Shown piece by piece: positions 17,570 to 28,001 of a stretch of 64,000 nucleotides of DNA. Both the position numbers and the translations under genes were made by a program. The stretch's first letter is position 1; each line of letters begins with the position of its first letter. Origin of the DNA: an uncultured Gemmatimonadales bacterium (lineage in GTDB: Bacteria; Gemmatimonadota; Gemmatimonadetes; Gemmatimonadales; GWC2-71-9); the NCBI GenBank assembly GCA_963739455.1, contig CAVUAK010000001.1:2144001-2208000 (forward strand), given 5' to 3'. The notes below the pieces were generated by a model. The model saw nothing but the letters and a program-made list of their open reading frames with translations. It had not been told where the DNA came from and ran no database searches.

Positions 17570-18484
17570 ATGAGGCGGCTCGTGGCGTTGCTTGTCGCGC
17601 TGTTCGTGGTGCCGACGCTCCGGGCCCAGAGCCAGCGCTCGGTGCTGGTTCGCACCGATCGCGCGCTGGCCGACAGCAGCTGGACGACCGGGTTCCGGGC
17701 GGCATTTGGCACGGCTGCGCTTCCTGAGGTGGTACTGCTATGGCCGGGTGCGCCGGTGGTGCACGGGCTGCCGAACGTGAGCCGACTGCTGATGGCGGTG
17801 CAGGGGACCGCAAACGTCACGCGCGCACTCGCATCCGGCGCGGGGCCCGACAGCCTCAGGGTCACCTGGCAGCCGCTCGGTGCGGAGTTTTCACTGGACT
17901 CGACGCTCGGCGTCACGTGGGGCGTCACCGTCTCCGCGTCGTCGGTGGCGGACGCGCCGGTGATGGGACGCTACATCGCAACCTGGCAGCGAGATTCGGG
18001 TGGAGCGGCGAAGCGATGGCGACTGGCAGCGCTGATGTTGACCGACATCACCGCTGATGGGTCGGCTCCCCTCGTGGCGGAACTTCCCCTCGAGCTTCCG
18101 CCACTCAAGCCGACCGCGAGTACGGCGCCATTTGTCGCAGCAGACCTTGGCTTTGCCCGGCTGGCGGGTGACAGCGGCGCCGCCATCGCGTTCGAGCGGT
18201 GGGCTGCACCCGACGCTCACATGTTCGCTGGTGGTGGCATGCTGGTGGCAGGCCCGAAGGCGATCGCCCGGGTCGTGAGCGCACCCGCGACATGGTCCTG
18301 GCACCCTGTGGTTGCAGGCGCGGCGGCCGACGGCAGCATGGGATGGACGGTGGGCGAGGCGGTGATCACCGCGAGCGACGGCCACTCCGGCCCCTCGAAA
18401 TACCTCACGGTGTGGAAGCGGCAGGCCGATGGATCGATACGGTACTACACCGACGGCGGGAACGGACGCCCGATGACCCGCTAG
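17570..18484 (+). CDS. Secreted protein with two NTF2/SnoaL-like (DUF4440-like) domains
   Basis: Signal peptide; duplicated W.P......S.D...G.T.G...Y...W.R..G..W pattern. Confidence 0.75.
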   Translation: MRRLVALLVALFVVPTLRAQSQRSVLVRTDRALADSSWTTGFRAAFGTAALPEVVLLWPGAPVVHGLPNVSRLLMAVQGTANVTRALASGAGPDSLRVTWQPLGAEFSLDSTLGVTWGVTVSASSVADAPVMGRYIATWQRDSGGAAKRWRLAALMLTDITADGSAPLVAELPLELPPLKPTASTAPFVAADLGFARLAGDSGAAIAFERWAAPDAHMFAGGGMLVAGPKAIARVVSAPATWSWHPVVAGAAADGSMGWTVGEAVITASDGHSGPSKYLTVWKRQADGSIRYYTDGGNGRPMTR

Positions 18485-18485
18485 G

Positions 18486-19841
18486 TCAGGCTTCCACGCG
18501 CATCAACGCGGCGCCAAGTGTCGCGATTTCCGTTTCCGCGACGGTGCGCATGTCGAGCAACACCCGGTCGTCCTGAACACGCCCGATCACCGCTGGATCC
18601 CCGAGACGAAGCCGCAGTGCCAGCCCATGCGCGCCGATTTCTCCCGGCGAGAGGGCGACGAGCGCGGTGGGCAGCACTGCCGCAGGGAAGGAGCCGCCGC
18701 CCACTGCGGACTGGCCGGTCGTGACTTGTGGCTCGAACCGGGACAAGAGTCCGACGAGTTGCCGGGCGCGAGCCTCGATGGTCGCCGGTTCCTCCGTCAG
18801 CATGCGGAGCACGGGCACTTCACGACGCGCCGTTTCCTCGTCGTCGTAGAGCGCCAGCGTCGCCTCGAGCGCCGCGAGCGTCAGCTTGTCGGCCCGGAGG
18901 GCCCGGGCAAGCGGATTGCGTCGGCAGTCGGCGACGAGGTCACGCCGCCCCGCCAGGCATCCTGCCTGCGGTCCTCCCAGCAGCTTGTCGCCACTGAACA
19001 GCACCAGGTCGGCACCGCTCCCCACGGCATCACTCACCTTCGGCTCGCCCGACAGTCCCCAGCGCGACAGGTCCAGCAGCAGCCCGCTGCCGACGTCGTG
19101 AAGGCAGGGCAGCCCGCGTTCACGCGCCAGGGCGGCAAGCGCGCCGGGTTCCGGCGTCGCCACGAAGCCCGACTGCGCGAAGTTGCTGCGGTGCACAATG
19201 AGAATGGCGCCGGTGTCAGGACTGATGGCGGCTTCGTAGTCACTGAGGTGCGTGCGGTTGGTCGTGCCGACTTCACGAAGGCGCGCACCACTCCTGGCGA
19301 TGATGTCGGGAATGCGGAATGAGCCGCCGATCTCGATCAGCTCGCCCCGGCTGATGATGACTTCCCGGCCCTGTGCCACCGCATTGAGCGCCAGGACCAG
19401 CGCACCGGCGGCGTTGTTCACCACGAAGGCGTCGGCGGCACCACTCAGTCGCGCGAGCTGCACCCGGCAGTGATCGGCGCGACTTCCACGCGTCCCCGAG
19501 TGCAGGTCGAACTCGAGGGTGCTGTAGCCGGATGCGATGGACTGTACGGCGCGAGCCGCGGCGGCGGCCAGGGGTGCCCGGCCAAGGTTGGTGTGCAGCA
19601 CGATGCCGGTGGCGTTGATCACCGGCGCGAGCGACGGGGCAATTCGCGCGGCAACCAGCTCCGTTATCTCGGCGGCCCAGTCCTCGGGCGGCCCGGCCCG
19701 GCGCTTCCGGGACCGCGCCAGTGCCTCGCGCGCCGCACCCACCACCGCGTTTCGCGGAGCCACATTCATCAAGCCAAGCACCTGTGGATCGCGAAGCAGG
19801 GTGTCGACCGACGGCAGCTCGCGCCGCTTGTCGTCGCTCAC
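18486..19841 (-). CDS. selA: L-seryl-tRNA(Sec) selenium transferase
   Basis: VINATGIVLHTNLGRAPL, SRGELIEIGGSFRIPD, EVGTTNRTH and FSGDKLLGGPQAG motifs. Confidence 0.96.
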   Translation of the reverse strand: MSDDKRRELPSVDTLLRDPQVLGLMNVAPRNAVVGAAREALARSRKRRAGPPEDWAAEITELVAARIAPSLAPVINATGIVLHTNLGRAPLAAAAARAVQSIASGYSTLEFDLHSGTRGSRADHCRVQLARLSGAADAFVVNNAAGALVLALNAVAQGREVIISRGELIEIGGSFRIPDIIARSGARLREVGTTNRTHLSDYEAAISPDTGAILIVHRSNFAQSGFVATPEPGALAALARERGLPCLHDVGSGLLLDLSRWGLSGEPKVSDAVGSGADLVLFSGDKLLGGPQAGCLAGRRDLVADCRRNPLARALRADKLTLAALEATLALYDDEETARREVPVLRMLTEEPATIEARARQLVGLLSRFEPQVTTGQSAVGGGSFPAAVLPTALVALSPGEIGAHGLALRLRLGDPAVIGRVQDDRVLLDMRTVAETEIATLGAALMRVEA

Positions 19842-21427
19842 TTCTTCGGCGCCGGCTGCTTCGGCGCTGCGGCCCCAGGCTTGAGCAGCGAGTCAGCGGG
19901 GAGGAACTGCTTCAGCGAGTCGGCAAAGGTGGTGTCGCCCTTGGCGAGCGCCGAGTCGATACGGGTTGTCAGGGCGCGTGCGCTGTCGGCCAGCGTTGGC
20001 TTGGGGCGCTTGGGCACCTCGAATCCTGCCTTGGGTGACCCAAGCACGCCGCTCACGTTCTTGATGTCGTGCGTGACCACGAGATAGTCGCATGTCGGGC
20101 GATACGGGCGCGCCCAGGCGCACGATCAACCGATCCGTCAGGGGAGGTCGCGATAGCTTGACCGCCGGCCGTTGTCCTCCGCATGGCACCGGGCCCGGCA
20201 GCAGCAGCGGCCGCTGCGCCGATAGCACCAGGAGAGGCGCCCGGCGGCAGGCCAATCCTTCCGGGAGGCGCGCCCGGCACGGCTCCTGGCGGTGCGGCGG
20301 GCTTGGCGCCCTGCGGTGCGCCTGGCTTGGCACCCCCTGGCAGTACCGGCACGCCACCGGGCGGCGCCTTCGTCACGGAGTCGATCTTCATCTTCCGGGT
20401 CGTGTCAGCCTTGGCCGGCTTCTGGGTCGAGTCGGCCTTGCCTGCCTTCTGGACCGAGTCAGACTTGACCGCGCCCTGGGCGGAATCAGCCTTCCTGGTG
20501 CGCTCCTCGGTCGAGATACTGTCGAACTCCGCCGGGGTCATGACGCGGAGCACGGGGAGCGGCGTCGAATCCGGCAATTCAAGCACCTGAACCGCAGTGG
20601 AGTCGTACCGCGTGTAGGGATCGAGCTTCTGGGTGAAGGTGAGGTTGAGCGTGATGGAGTCCTGGACAGTGGGCGGAGTGAGGCGTGCCGGTGTGGTGTC
20701 GTGAATGAAGGCAAAGAGCTCAGGCACCTTGCCGGAGTCGGGCTCGACACGCACGCTGTCGAAGGCTTCGCGAGCGTCGATCCTGCCGTTCCGGTTCTGG
20801 TCGATGCCGACGTACACCAGGTAGGTGCCGCGGGGCAGGGGCCCGAACTCGTACGTGCCCGACGAGTCGGTCAGTGCCCTTGTACACCAGTGAATCGGGC
20901 TCGAGCACGGCCTGGATCAGTCCACCGCGCATCGGCTGGCTCGCGGCCCAGTCGAACGCCGCGCCGCTCAGGGTGTAGTCAGGTACCGGGGCGCCGGTGG
21001 TAAAGGTGACGATCCCACCCTTCACGCCCTTGTTGTTGCGGATGTCGGAAATGCCGGGCAGGAGCTGGACGCGATAGACGCGATTCGGCTGCCATCCCTC
21101 GCGCGGGCGCACGGAAATCCGGCTTCGATGCCACTGCACCACCGGGACCTTGTTGGTGGGGGAGAGCAGCACGAGCTTCTCGAGGTCGCCGGTGCCGTAC
21201 CCCTGGCTCGGACTTCCGCCCTCGGACACGACCTCGCTGAAGACGAAATTGACGTTGCCGTCGAAGCCAGGATTGACGGAAAGCGATTCAGGAGTGATCG
21301 ATACCAGGATCGGTGGCTTGGCGTCCGGTGGACCGCCGGGCGGCGGCTCGATCTTGGCGCAGGCGACGAGGGCGCCGAGGGCGCAGAGCGCGCCGAGGGC
21401 GCCGGCGGCGCCCCGACGGCCTAGCAT
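19838..21427 (-). CDS. Ig-like (Big_5-type) domain lipoprotein with Pro/Gly/Ala-rich linker; frameshifted in assembly
   Basis: Lipobox LVAC then AKIEPPPGGPPD..PP; pieces lie in ORFs 20720..21610, 20053..20817 and 19838..20080; overlaps the valS stop and the selA start. Confidence 0.78.
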
Positions 21428-24119
21428 CCGAGGCGAGTCCGCTTCTCGGCCAGCGTTCCCGCCTGCTCCCTCCAGCTGACCAGCTTCTCCCGCTCCTTCT
21501 CCACCACGGCCGCCGGCGCTCGCGCGACGAACTGCTCGTTGCCCAGTTTCTTCTCCTGGGCGCCGATCAGCTGCTCGAGCCGGGCAATCTCGGTGGCGAG
21601 TCGCCCGCACTCACGGCCCACATCGATGGCGTCGCCCAGCGGCACGAACACTCCGGTGCCATCGGAGAGGACGGCGTAGCCGCCCACGGTGTCGGTGCTC
21701 TCGCCGAACCCGAGCTCGCTCACCTTGGCGAGGCGGCGGATCGTACCCTGACTCGGCCTTGAATGCTGCGTTGGCTGCGTCGCCAGGATGCTGCACGAAG
21801 ACGCGCACCGCCTTGCCCGGCGACACGTCATACTCGGCGCGGATGGCGCGTATGGCGCCTACCAGTTCCTGGACCAGGGCGAACGACGCTCAGCAGTCGT
21901 CGGCGTCGTCGGCCGCGAGTCGGCAGTCGGCAGTCGGGCAGTCGTCGGGCCACTCGGCTCGCGGTTGCGGCGAGCCAGGTGCCGTCCTTCCGTCGCCCGG
22001 GATGCGCTGCCACAGCGTCTCGGTGACGAACGGCATGATCGGGTGCAGCAGCCGAAGCGCCACGTCGAAGGTGCGGAGCGCGATGGCGCGCGCGACGTCG
22101 CCACCGGGCGCGTCACCGTAGAGTCGCGGCTTGATTGCCTCGATGTACCAGTCGGCGAAATCGGACCAGAGGAAGTGGAACACCGCCGAGGCGGCGTCGT
22201 TGAGCCGGAACTTCTCGTAGGCCTCGGTGGCGGTGCGGATGGTGGCGTCGCACCGCGCGATGATCCACTTGTCGGCGAGCGTCAGCTCATCGGCGCGCAG
22301 CGCGTTCGGGTGACCGGCGAGCGGCCGCGTGGGGCCGTCGAGGTTCGTGAGGATGAAGCGGCCGGCGTTCCAGAGCTTGTTGGCGAAATTGCGCCCGGGC
22401 GCGAACGAGGTCTCGAGGTCGGCGGGATCGAGGATCACGTCGGTGCCCACCGACATGCCGCGACACAAGCGTGTAGCGCAGCGCGTCGGCGCCATAGCGC
22501 TCGACCACCTCGAGCGGATCGATCCCGTTGCCCAGCGACTTGGACATCTTGCGATGCTGGGTGTCGCGCACCGTGCCATGGAGGTACACGGTGCTGAAGG
22601 GGATGTCACCCATGAACTCGCAGCCGGCCATCACCATCCGCGCCACCCAGAAGAAGAGGATCTCGGGCGCGGTGACCAGGACCTGGCCGGGATAGAACGC
22701 CTTGAGGTCGGCCGTCTTTTCGGGCCAGCCCAGGCTGGAGAACGGCACGAGCCAGGAGGAGAACCAGGTGTCGAGCACGTCCTCGTCCTGGCGCACCGCG
22801 CTGCCGCACTCGCATCGCGTCACGTCATTGCGGCTCACGATGGTCTTGCCGCAGGCATCGCAGTACCAGACCGGAATGCGATGGCCCCACCAGAGCTGCC
22901 GGGAGATGCACCAGTCGCGGATGTTCTCCATCCACTGGGCATACTCGTCGCCGCGGCGCTCGGGGATGAAGTTGAGGCGACCGTCACGATAGGCCTGAAG
23001 CGCAGGCTTGGCCAGCGGCGCCATCTTCACGAACCACTGGTCGGACAGCCGGGGCTCGATGATGGTGTTGCAGCGATAGCAGTGGCCCACCGCGTGGCGA
23101 TGATCTTCGACCTTCTCCAGCAGCCCCAGCTCGCGGAACATCTCGACCACGCGCTTCCGCGCCTCGAAGCGGTCGAGTCCCTGCAAGGCATCGGGCACCG
23201 TCTCGGCCATGCGGGCTTCGGGCGTCATGATGTCGATGCTGTGCAGGTGCTGCCGCTTGCCGATCTCGAAGTCGGTCGGGTCGTGCGCGGGCGTCACCTT
23301 CACCGCACCGGTGCCGAAGGCGGGATCGATCGCCTCGTCGGCGACGATGGGAACTTCCCGGCCCACGAGCGGCAGCAGCAGCGACTTGCCCACCAGCGCC
23401 TTGTAGCGCTTGTCCTTCGGGTGCACCGCCACGCCGGTGTCACCGAGCATCGTCTCCGGCCGGGTGGTGGCGACGGTGACGTAGCCGTTGCCGTCCACCA
23501 GCGGGTACTTCAGGTACCAGATCTTGCCGTCCACCTCTTCCTTCTCCGCTTCCTCGTTGGAGAGGGCGGTGAGGCAGCGGGGGCACCAGTTGATGATGTA
23601 CTTGCCGCGGTAGACGAGGCCCTTCTCGTGCAGGCGGACGAACACCTCGCGCACCGCCGCCGAGAGTGCGGGGTCGAGCGTGAAGTAGGTGCGGGTCCAG
23701 TCGCAGCTGGCCCCGATCGCCTTGAGCTGCTCGAGGATGGCGCCGCCGGTTTCGCGCACATGGGTCCAGACGCGCTCCTCGAAGCGCTCACGCCCGAGGT
23801 CGAATCGGGTCTGGCCCTCCTTCGCCACCACCCGCTCCACCACGTTCTGGGTCGCGATGCCGGCGTGATCGGTGCCGGGGAGCCAGAGCGTGTTCTTGCC
23901 GCGCATGCGCTCGAAGCGCACGAGCACGTCCTGCACGGTGTTGTTGAGCCCGTGGCCCACGTGGAGTACGGCCGTCACGTTGGGCGGCGGCATCATCACG
24001 ACGTAGCGCTCGCCGCGTCCCCGCGCGTCGGCGCGGAAGAGGTCGGCTTCGAGCCAGCGGCGGTAGAGGTCGGCCTCGATGGCGGCCGGGTCGTACTGGG
24101 GGGCGAGCGGTTCGCTCAT
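21421..24119 (-). CDS. valS: Valine--tRNA ligase (several indels: ~22460, garbled 21890-21990, ~21750)
   Basis: PPPNVT, PGTDHAGIATQ, DWCISRQLWWGH, KMSKS and LLHPIMPFVTE motifs; C-terminal coiled coil in ORF 21421..21831. Confidence 0.96.
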
Positions 24120-24529
24120 GCGGAGGCGGTCGAATCCTCTGGAGAATCGAAGTCATCCTCGCCGTGCACGAGGATGCAATTGATGATGGCGTCGACGCCG
24201 GGCACGGCTCGCGCCACGCGGGCGGCCCGCGCACGAAGGGCGCGAGTTCCCACCCAGCCATGGAGCTCAACGGTGCGCACCGACACGGCAAGGGCGTCCA
24301 GTGCCAGGAGGGACAGGGCCGGGTCCGCACTGAGCGCCTGCCGGACGAGCCGGGCGAGCTGGCCGGTACGCGCCGGCGCCGGGCGGCGACGCTTCCGCAC
24401 CATTCCCTTGATGCGGGCCGGCCCGACTTCACCAAGTGTTTCGCTCACGATCAGGCCGGCGGCAAGCCCGAGGGCGGCGCCACCTACCGACCAGCCCAGC
24501 AAGCCCACCAGCGAAGTACGCCGCTTCAC
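24116..24529 (-). CDS. BON domain-containing membrane protein
   Basis: N-terminal TM; VELHGWV......RAARVARAVPGVDAIIN BON pattern. Confidence 0.8.
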   Translation of the reverse strand: MKRRTSLVGLLGWSVGGAALGLAAGLIVSETLGEVGPARIKGMVRKRRRPAPARTGQLARLVRQALSADPALSLLALDALAVSVRTVELHGWVGTRALRARAARVARAVPGVDAIINCILVHGEDDFDSPEDSTASA

Positions 24530-24578
24530 CTGCGATCCCTCGTGCAAAAAGGTGTTGAGACGCGTTAAGTTAGCAGCA

Positions 24579-24731
24579 ATGTCCGAAGAACGCACCGAAA
24601 TTCAGACCGCAGAACTGAGCCGCTGGCTCGTGCTCCTGGGCGTGATCCTGCTCGGGATCGTCCTGTATTTCTGGCTGGCGCCGCGCACCGAGCCGGTGGT
24701 GCACCCGGTGCAGTCGGAGGCGCTCCAGTGA
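24579..24731 (+). CDS. Small single-TM protein (50 aa) upstream of thrS
   Basis: MSEERTEIQTAELSRWLVLLGVILLGIVLYFWLAPR...; stop overlaps the thrS GTG (GTGA). Confidence 0.65.
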   Translation: MSEERTEIQTAELSRWLVLLGVILLGIVLYFWLAPRTEPVVHPVQSEALQ

Positions 24732-26670
24732 CCAATGCGGCGGCGACCACGCAGGTCCGGCTGACCCTGCCCGATGCGAGCGTCCGGGAGTATCCCGCGG
24801 GCGTCACGGGGCGCGAGATCGCCGAGTCGATCGGGCCGGGCCTCGCCAAGGCGGCGGTGGCGATCCGGGTCGATGGCACGGTACGGGACCTCATGTTCCC
24901 GATCCGGGGCGACGCCGCGATCGCGATCCTCACGGAGCGGGATCGCGAGGCCCTCGACGTGCTGCGCCACTCGGCCGCCCACATCATGGCCACGGCGGTG
25001 CGCGAGATCTTCCCGACGGCCGGCATCGGCTTCGGCCCGTCGATCGACGAGGGCTTCTACTACGACTTCGAGGTGCCGCGTCCGTTCACCCCGGAGGACC
25101 TCGAGCAGATCGAGGCCCGCATGGCCGAGGTGACGAAGGCCGACTACCCGTTCACGCGCGAGGAGGTCGATCGGGCGGCCGCCAACCGCAAGTTCGCCGA
25201 CGACCCGCTCAAGCTCGAGCGAATCAGTGAACTGGGCGATGACGAGGTCATCTCCACCTACACCGACGGGCCCGTTCACCGACCTGTGCCGCGGCCCGCA
25301 TGTGCCCAGCACCGGCCGGCTCAAGCACTTCAAGCTGCTCAATACCGCCGGCGCCTACTGGCGGGGCGACTCGCGCCGGCAGATGCTGCAGCGCATCTAC
25401 GGCACCGCGTTCTTCAAGAAGGACGAGCTCGAGGCCCACCTCCACCGGCTGGAGGAGGCGCGGAAGCGCGACCACCGTCGGCTGGGCAAGGAACTCGACC
25501 TCTTCATGTTCCATCCGTTCGCGCCGGGCGCCATCTTCTGGACCGACCGGGGCACGACGCTCTACAACCTGCTGAACGCGTTCATGCGCGAGCTGCAGCG
25601 TGGCGCGTACCAGGAGATCAAGACTCCGCTCCTCTACAACAAGGGACTGTGGGAGATCTCCGGGCACTGGGGCAAGTACAAGGAGAACATGTTCCTCGTG
25701 CTCGACAACGAGACGGGGGAGCACGACAGCTCGCTCAAGCCGATGAACTGCCCGTCGCACTACCTGATGTACAGTGCGAACAAGCATTCGTATCGTGAGC
25801 TGCCGATCCGCTATACCACGTACGACGTGCTGCACCGGAACGAGGTGAGCGGCGCCCTGTCGGGGCTCACCCGCGTGCGCCAGTTCCAGCAGGACGACTG
25901 CCACATCTTCCTCATGCCGTCGCAGATCGCGGACGAGGTGAAGCGGCTCACCCAGTTCATCCTGTCCTACTACGCCGTCTTCGGACTCACGGCGACGCTG
26001 AAGTTCGCCACCCGCCCGCCGGTGCGCATCGGCGACGATGCGATGTGGGATGCGCGCCGAGGGGGCGCTTCGCTCGGCGCTCGAGGCGACGGGACTGCCG
26101 TACGAGCTCAAGCCGGGCGACGGCGCGTTCTACGGACCCAAGATCGATTTCGACGTGGCCGACTCGATCGGGCGTACCTGGCAGCTGGGCACGATCCAGC
26201 TCGACTACAACGCCCCGGAGCGGTTCGACCTCAAGTACGTCGGCGACGACAACCATGAGCACCGGCCGGTGGTGATCCATCGCGCGGTCAACGGCTCGTT
26301 CGAGCGATTCATCGCGATCCTGATCGAGCACTTCGCGGGCGTGTTCCCGGTGTGGCTCGCGCCGGAGCAGGTGCGGGTGCTTCCAATCAGCGATGCGCAG
26401 GCGGAGGCGGCGCACGCGGTGGCCGAGCGGATGCGGGCGGCCGGCCTGCGTGTGGTGGTGGACGACTCGCACGAGACGCTCAACTACCGGATCCGCGCGG
26501 GTGAGGTGGCCAAGATCCCGTACATGGCGGTGGTGGGGCAGCGCGAGGCCGACAGCGACAGCCTGGCGCTCCGGATGCGCGGCGAAGGCAAAAAACAGGA
26601 AGTCCTGACGGTGGCCGCGTTCCTCGAACGGGTCACCGAGGAAGTGCGCACGCGGGCCCTGGTGCCGTAG
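24728..26670 (+). CDS. thrS: Threonine--tRNA ligase (frameshifts near 25270 and 26053)
   Basis: TGS domain, LRHSAAH, DLCRGPH, RDHR..G, KPMNCP and [10 protein letters not shown] motifs across three ORFs. Confidence 0.97.
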
Positions 26671-26672
26671 GA

Positions 26673-28001
26673 TTGGCGGCCACTGCGGAGCCCGTTGCGC
26701 ACGAAGGCTCCCAGCAGGGATCACTCCAGAGGCTGATCGGCGTGCGCGCGCTCGCGCTCACGGCGATGAACACCACGGTCGGTGCGGGAATCTTCGGCCT
26801 TCCCGCGCTGGTCGCTGCAGACATGGGCTCGAGCGCGCCCATCGGCTATATCGTCACTGCGCTGCTCTTCTTCTGTATCGTGCTCTGCTTTGCCGAGGCC
26901 GGCAGCAGGGTCTCCACTGCTGGCGGGCTGTACGCGTACTCGAATGCCGCGTTCGGTCCCTTCGTCGGCTCCTTCGTGGGAACGTTGCTCTGGTTCGCCA
27001 ACGGTGCCTTGTCCAATGCCGCCGTCGCCGTCCTCATGGTGAACGGCCTCTCGCTCGCGTTTCCTGCCCTCGGCCAGCCGCTCGGCCGCAACATCACCCT
27101 GATCGTGGTCTACACGAGCCTCGCCTTCATCAACATCCGCGGACTCAAGCTCGGGCTGCGCGTCACGGAGGGCATCACTGTCCTCAAGCTGCTGCCGCTG
27201 ATTCTTCTCGCGGTTGTTGGCCTCATCACGCTGCAGTGGTCGCAGATTCCGGTGCCGCAGCTGCCGAGCACCGGGCAGCTCGGTCGTGGCATCGTCCTGC
27301 TCACCTTCACGTTCATGGGTATCGAGACGGCGCTTTCACCCAGCGCCGAGATCCGTGACCCGACGCGCGTGGTGCCGCGCGGCCTCGCTCTCGCGCTGCT
27401 GGGGGTGACCTTGCTGTACTTCTCGCTCCAGCTCGTGGCCCAGGGCGCGCTGGGCGACGGCCTGGCCACGGCCATCGATGCGCCGCTCGCCGCGACGGCC
27501 GGCGTGGTACTCGGCGGCTGGGGCAAGGTGCTGATGCTCGCGGCGGGTGTCGTGTGCATGGCGGGTGTGCTTCCGGGCGACATGCTCTGCACGCCGAGGG
27601 TGCTCTACGCGATGGGGCGGGATAGGCTGCTGCCGGCGAGGCTGGGAAAGGTGCACCCCAGGTTCAACACGCCGGCGGCCGCCATCATCACCTACTGTGC
27701 GGTGTGTGCGGTGCTTGCGCTCTCGGGCACCTTCAAGGCGCTGGCCATCCTGGCGGCGGCGGGCACGCTGGTGATGTATCTCGCAACGGCGATTGCCGTG
27801 CTCGTACTGCGGAAGCGCGAGGTCAATATCGGCAAGCCGCCGTTCATCATTCCCGGCGGGCCGGTGGTGCCACTGCTCGCAGCTGCTGCGATTGTGGCTG
27901 TACTCTCGACGCTGGCGTGGCGGGAACTGGCGGCGATCGGCGTCATGCTGGCGGCATCATCCGTTCCGTTCGTCTGGCGCCGGCTCACTTCGCGTCCATA
28001 A
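26673..28001 (+). CDS. APC family amino acid permease
   Basis: VGAGIF, AEAGS....GG.Y and F.FMGIE motifs; about 12 TM helices. Confidence 0.92.
   Translation: MAATAEPVAHEGSQQGSLQRLIGVRALALTAMNTTVGAGIFGLPALVAADMGSSAPIGYIVTALLFFCIVLCFAEAGSRVSTAGGLYAYSNAAFGPFVGSFVGTLLWFANGALSNAAVAVLMVNGLSLAFPALGQPLGRNITLIVVYTSLAFINIRGLKLGLRVTEGITVLKLLPLILLAVVGLITLQWSQIPVPQLPSTGQLGRGIVLLTFTFMGIETALSPSAEIRDPTRVVPRGLALALLGVTLLYFSLQLVAQGALGDGLATAIDAPLAATAGVVLGGWGKVLMLAAGVVCMAGVLPGDMLCTPRVLYAMGRDRLLPARLGKVHPRFNTPAAAIITYCAVCAVLALSGTFKALAILAAAGTLVMYLATAIAVLVLRKREVNIGKPPFIIPGGPVVPLLAAAAIVAVLSTLAWRELAAIGVMLAASSVPFVWRRLTSRP

Noticed and set aside
21890..21892. In-frame TGA next to Cys in valS, two genes upstream of selA (possible selenocysteine)
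   Set aside because: It lies in a visibly garbled, repeat-containing, non-catalytic stretch with nearby indels, and ValRS is not a known selenoprotein. Sequencing error is far more likely.
22329..24578. 800-aa plus-strand ORF, and similar long ORFs at 1518..2978, 8490..10154, 38870..40471 and 53098..55245
   Set aside because: These are antisense shadows of real genes, caused by high GC3 codon bias, and have no protein motifs.
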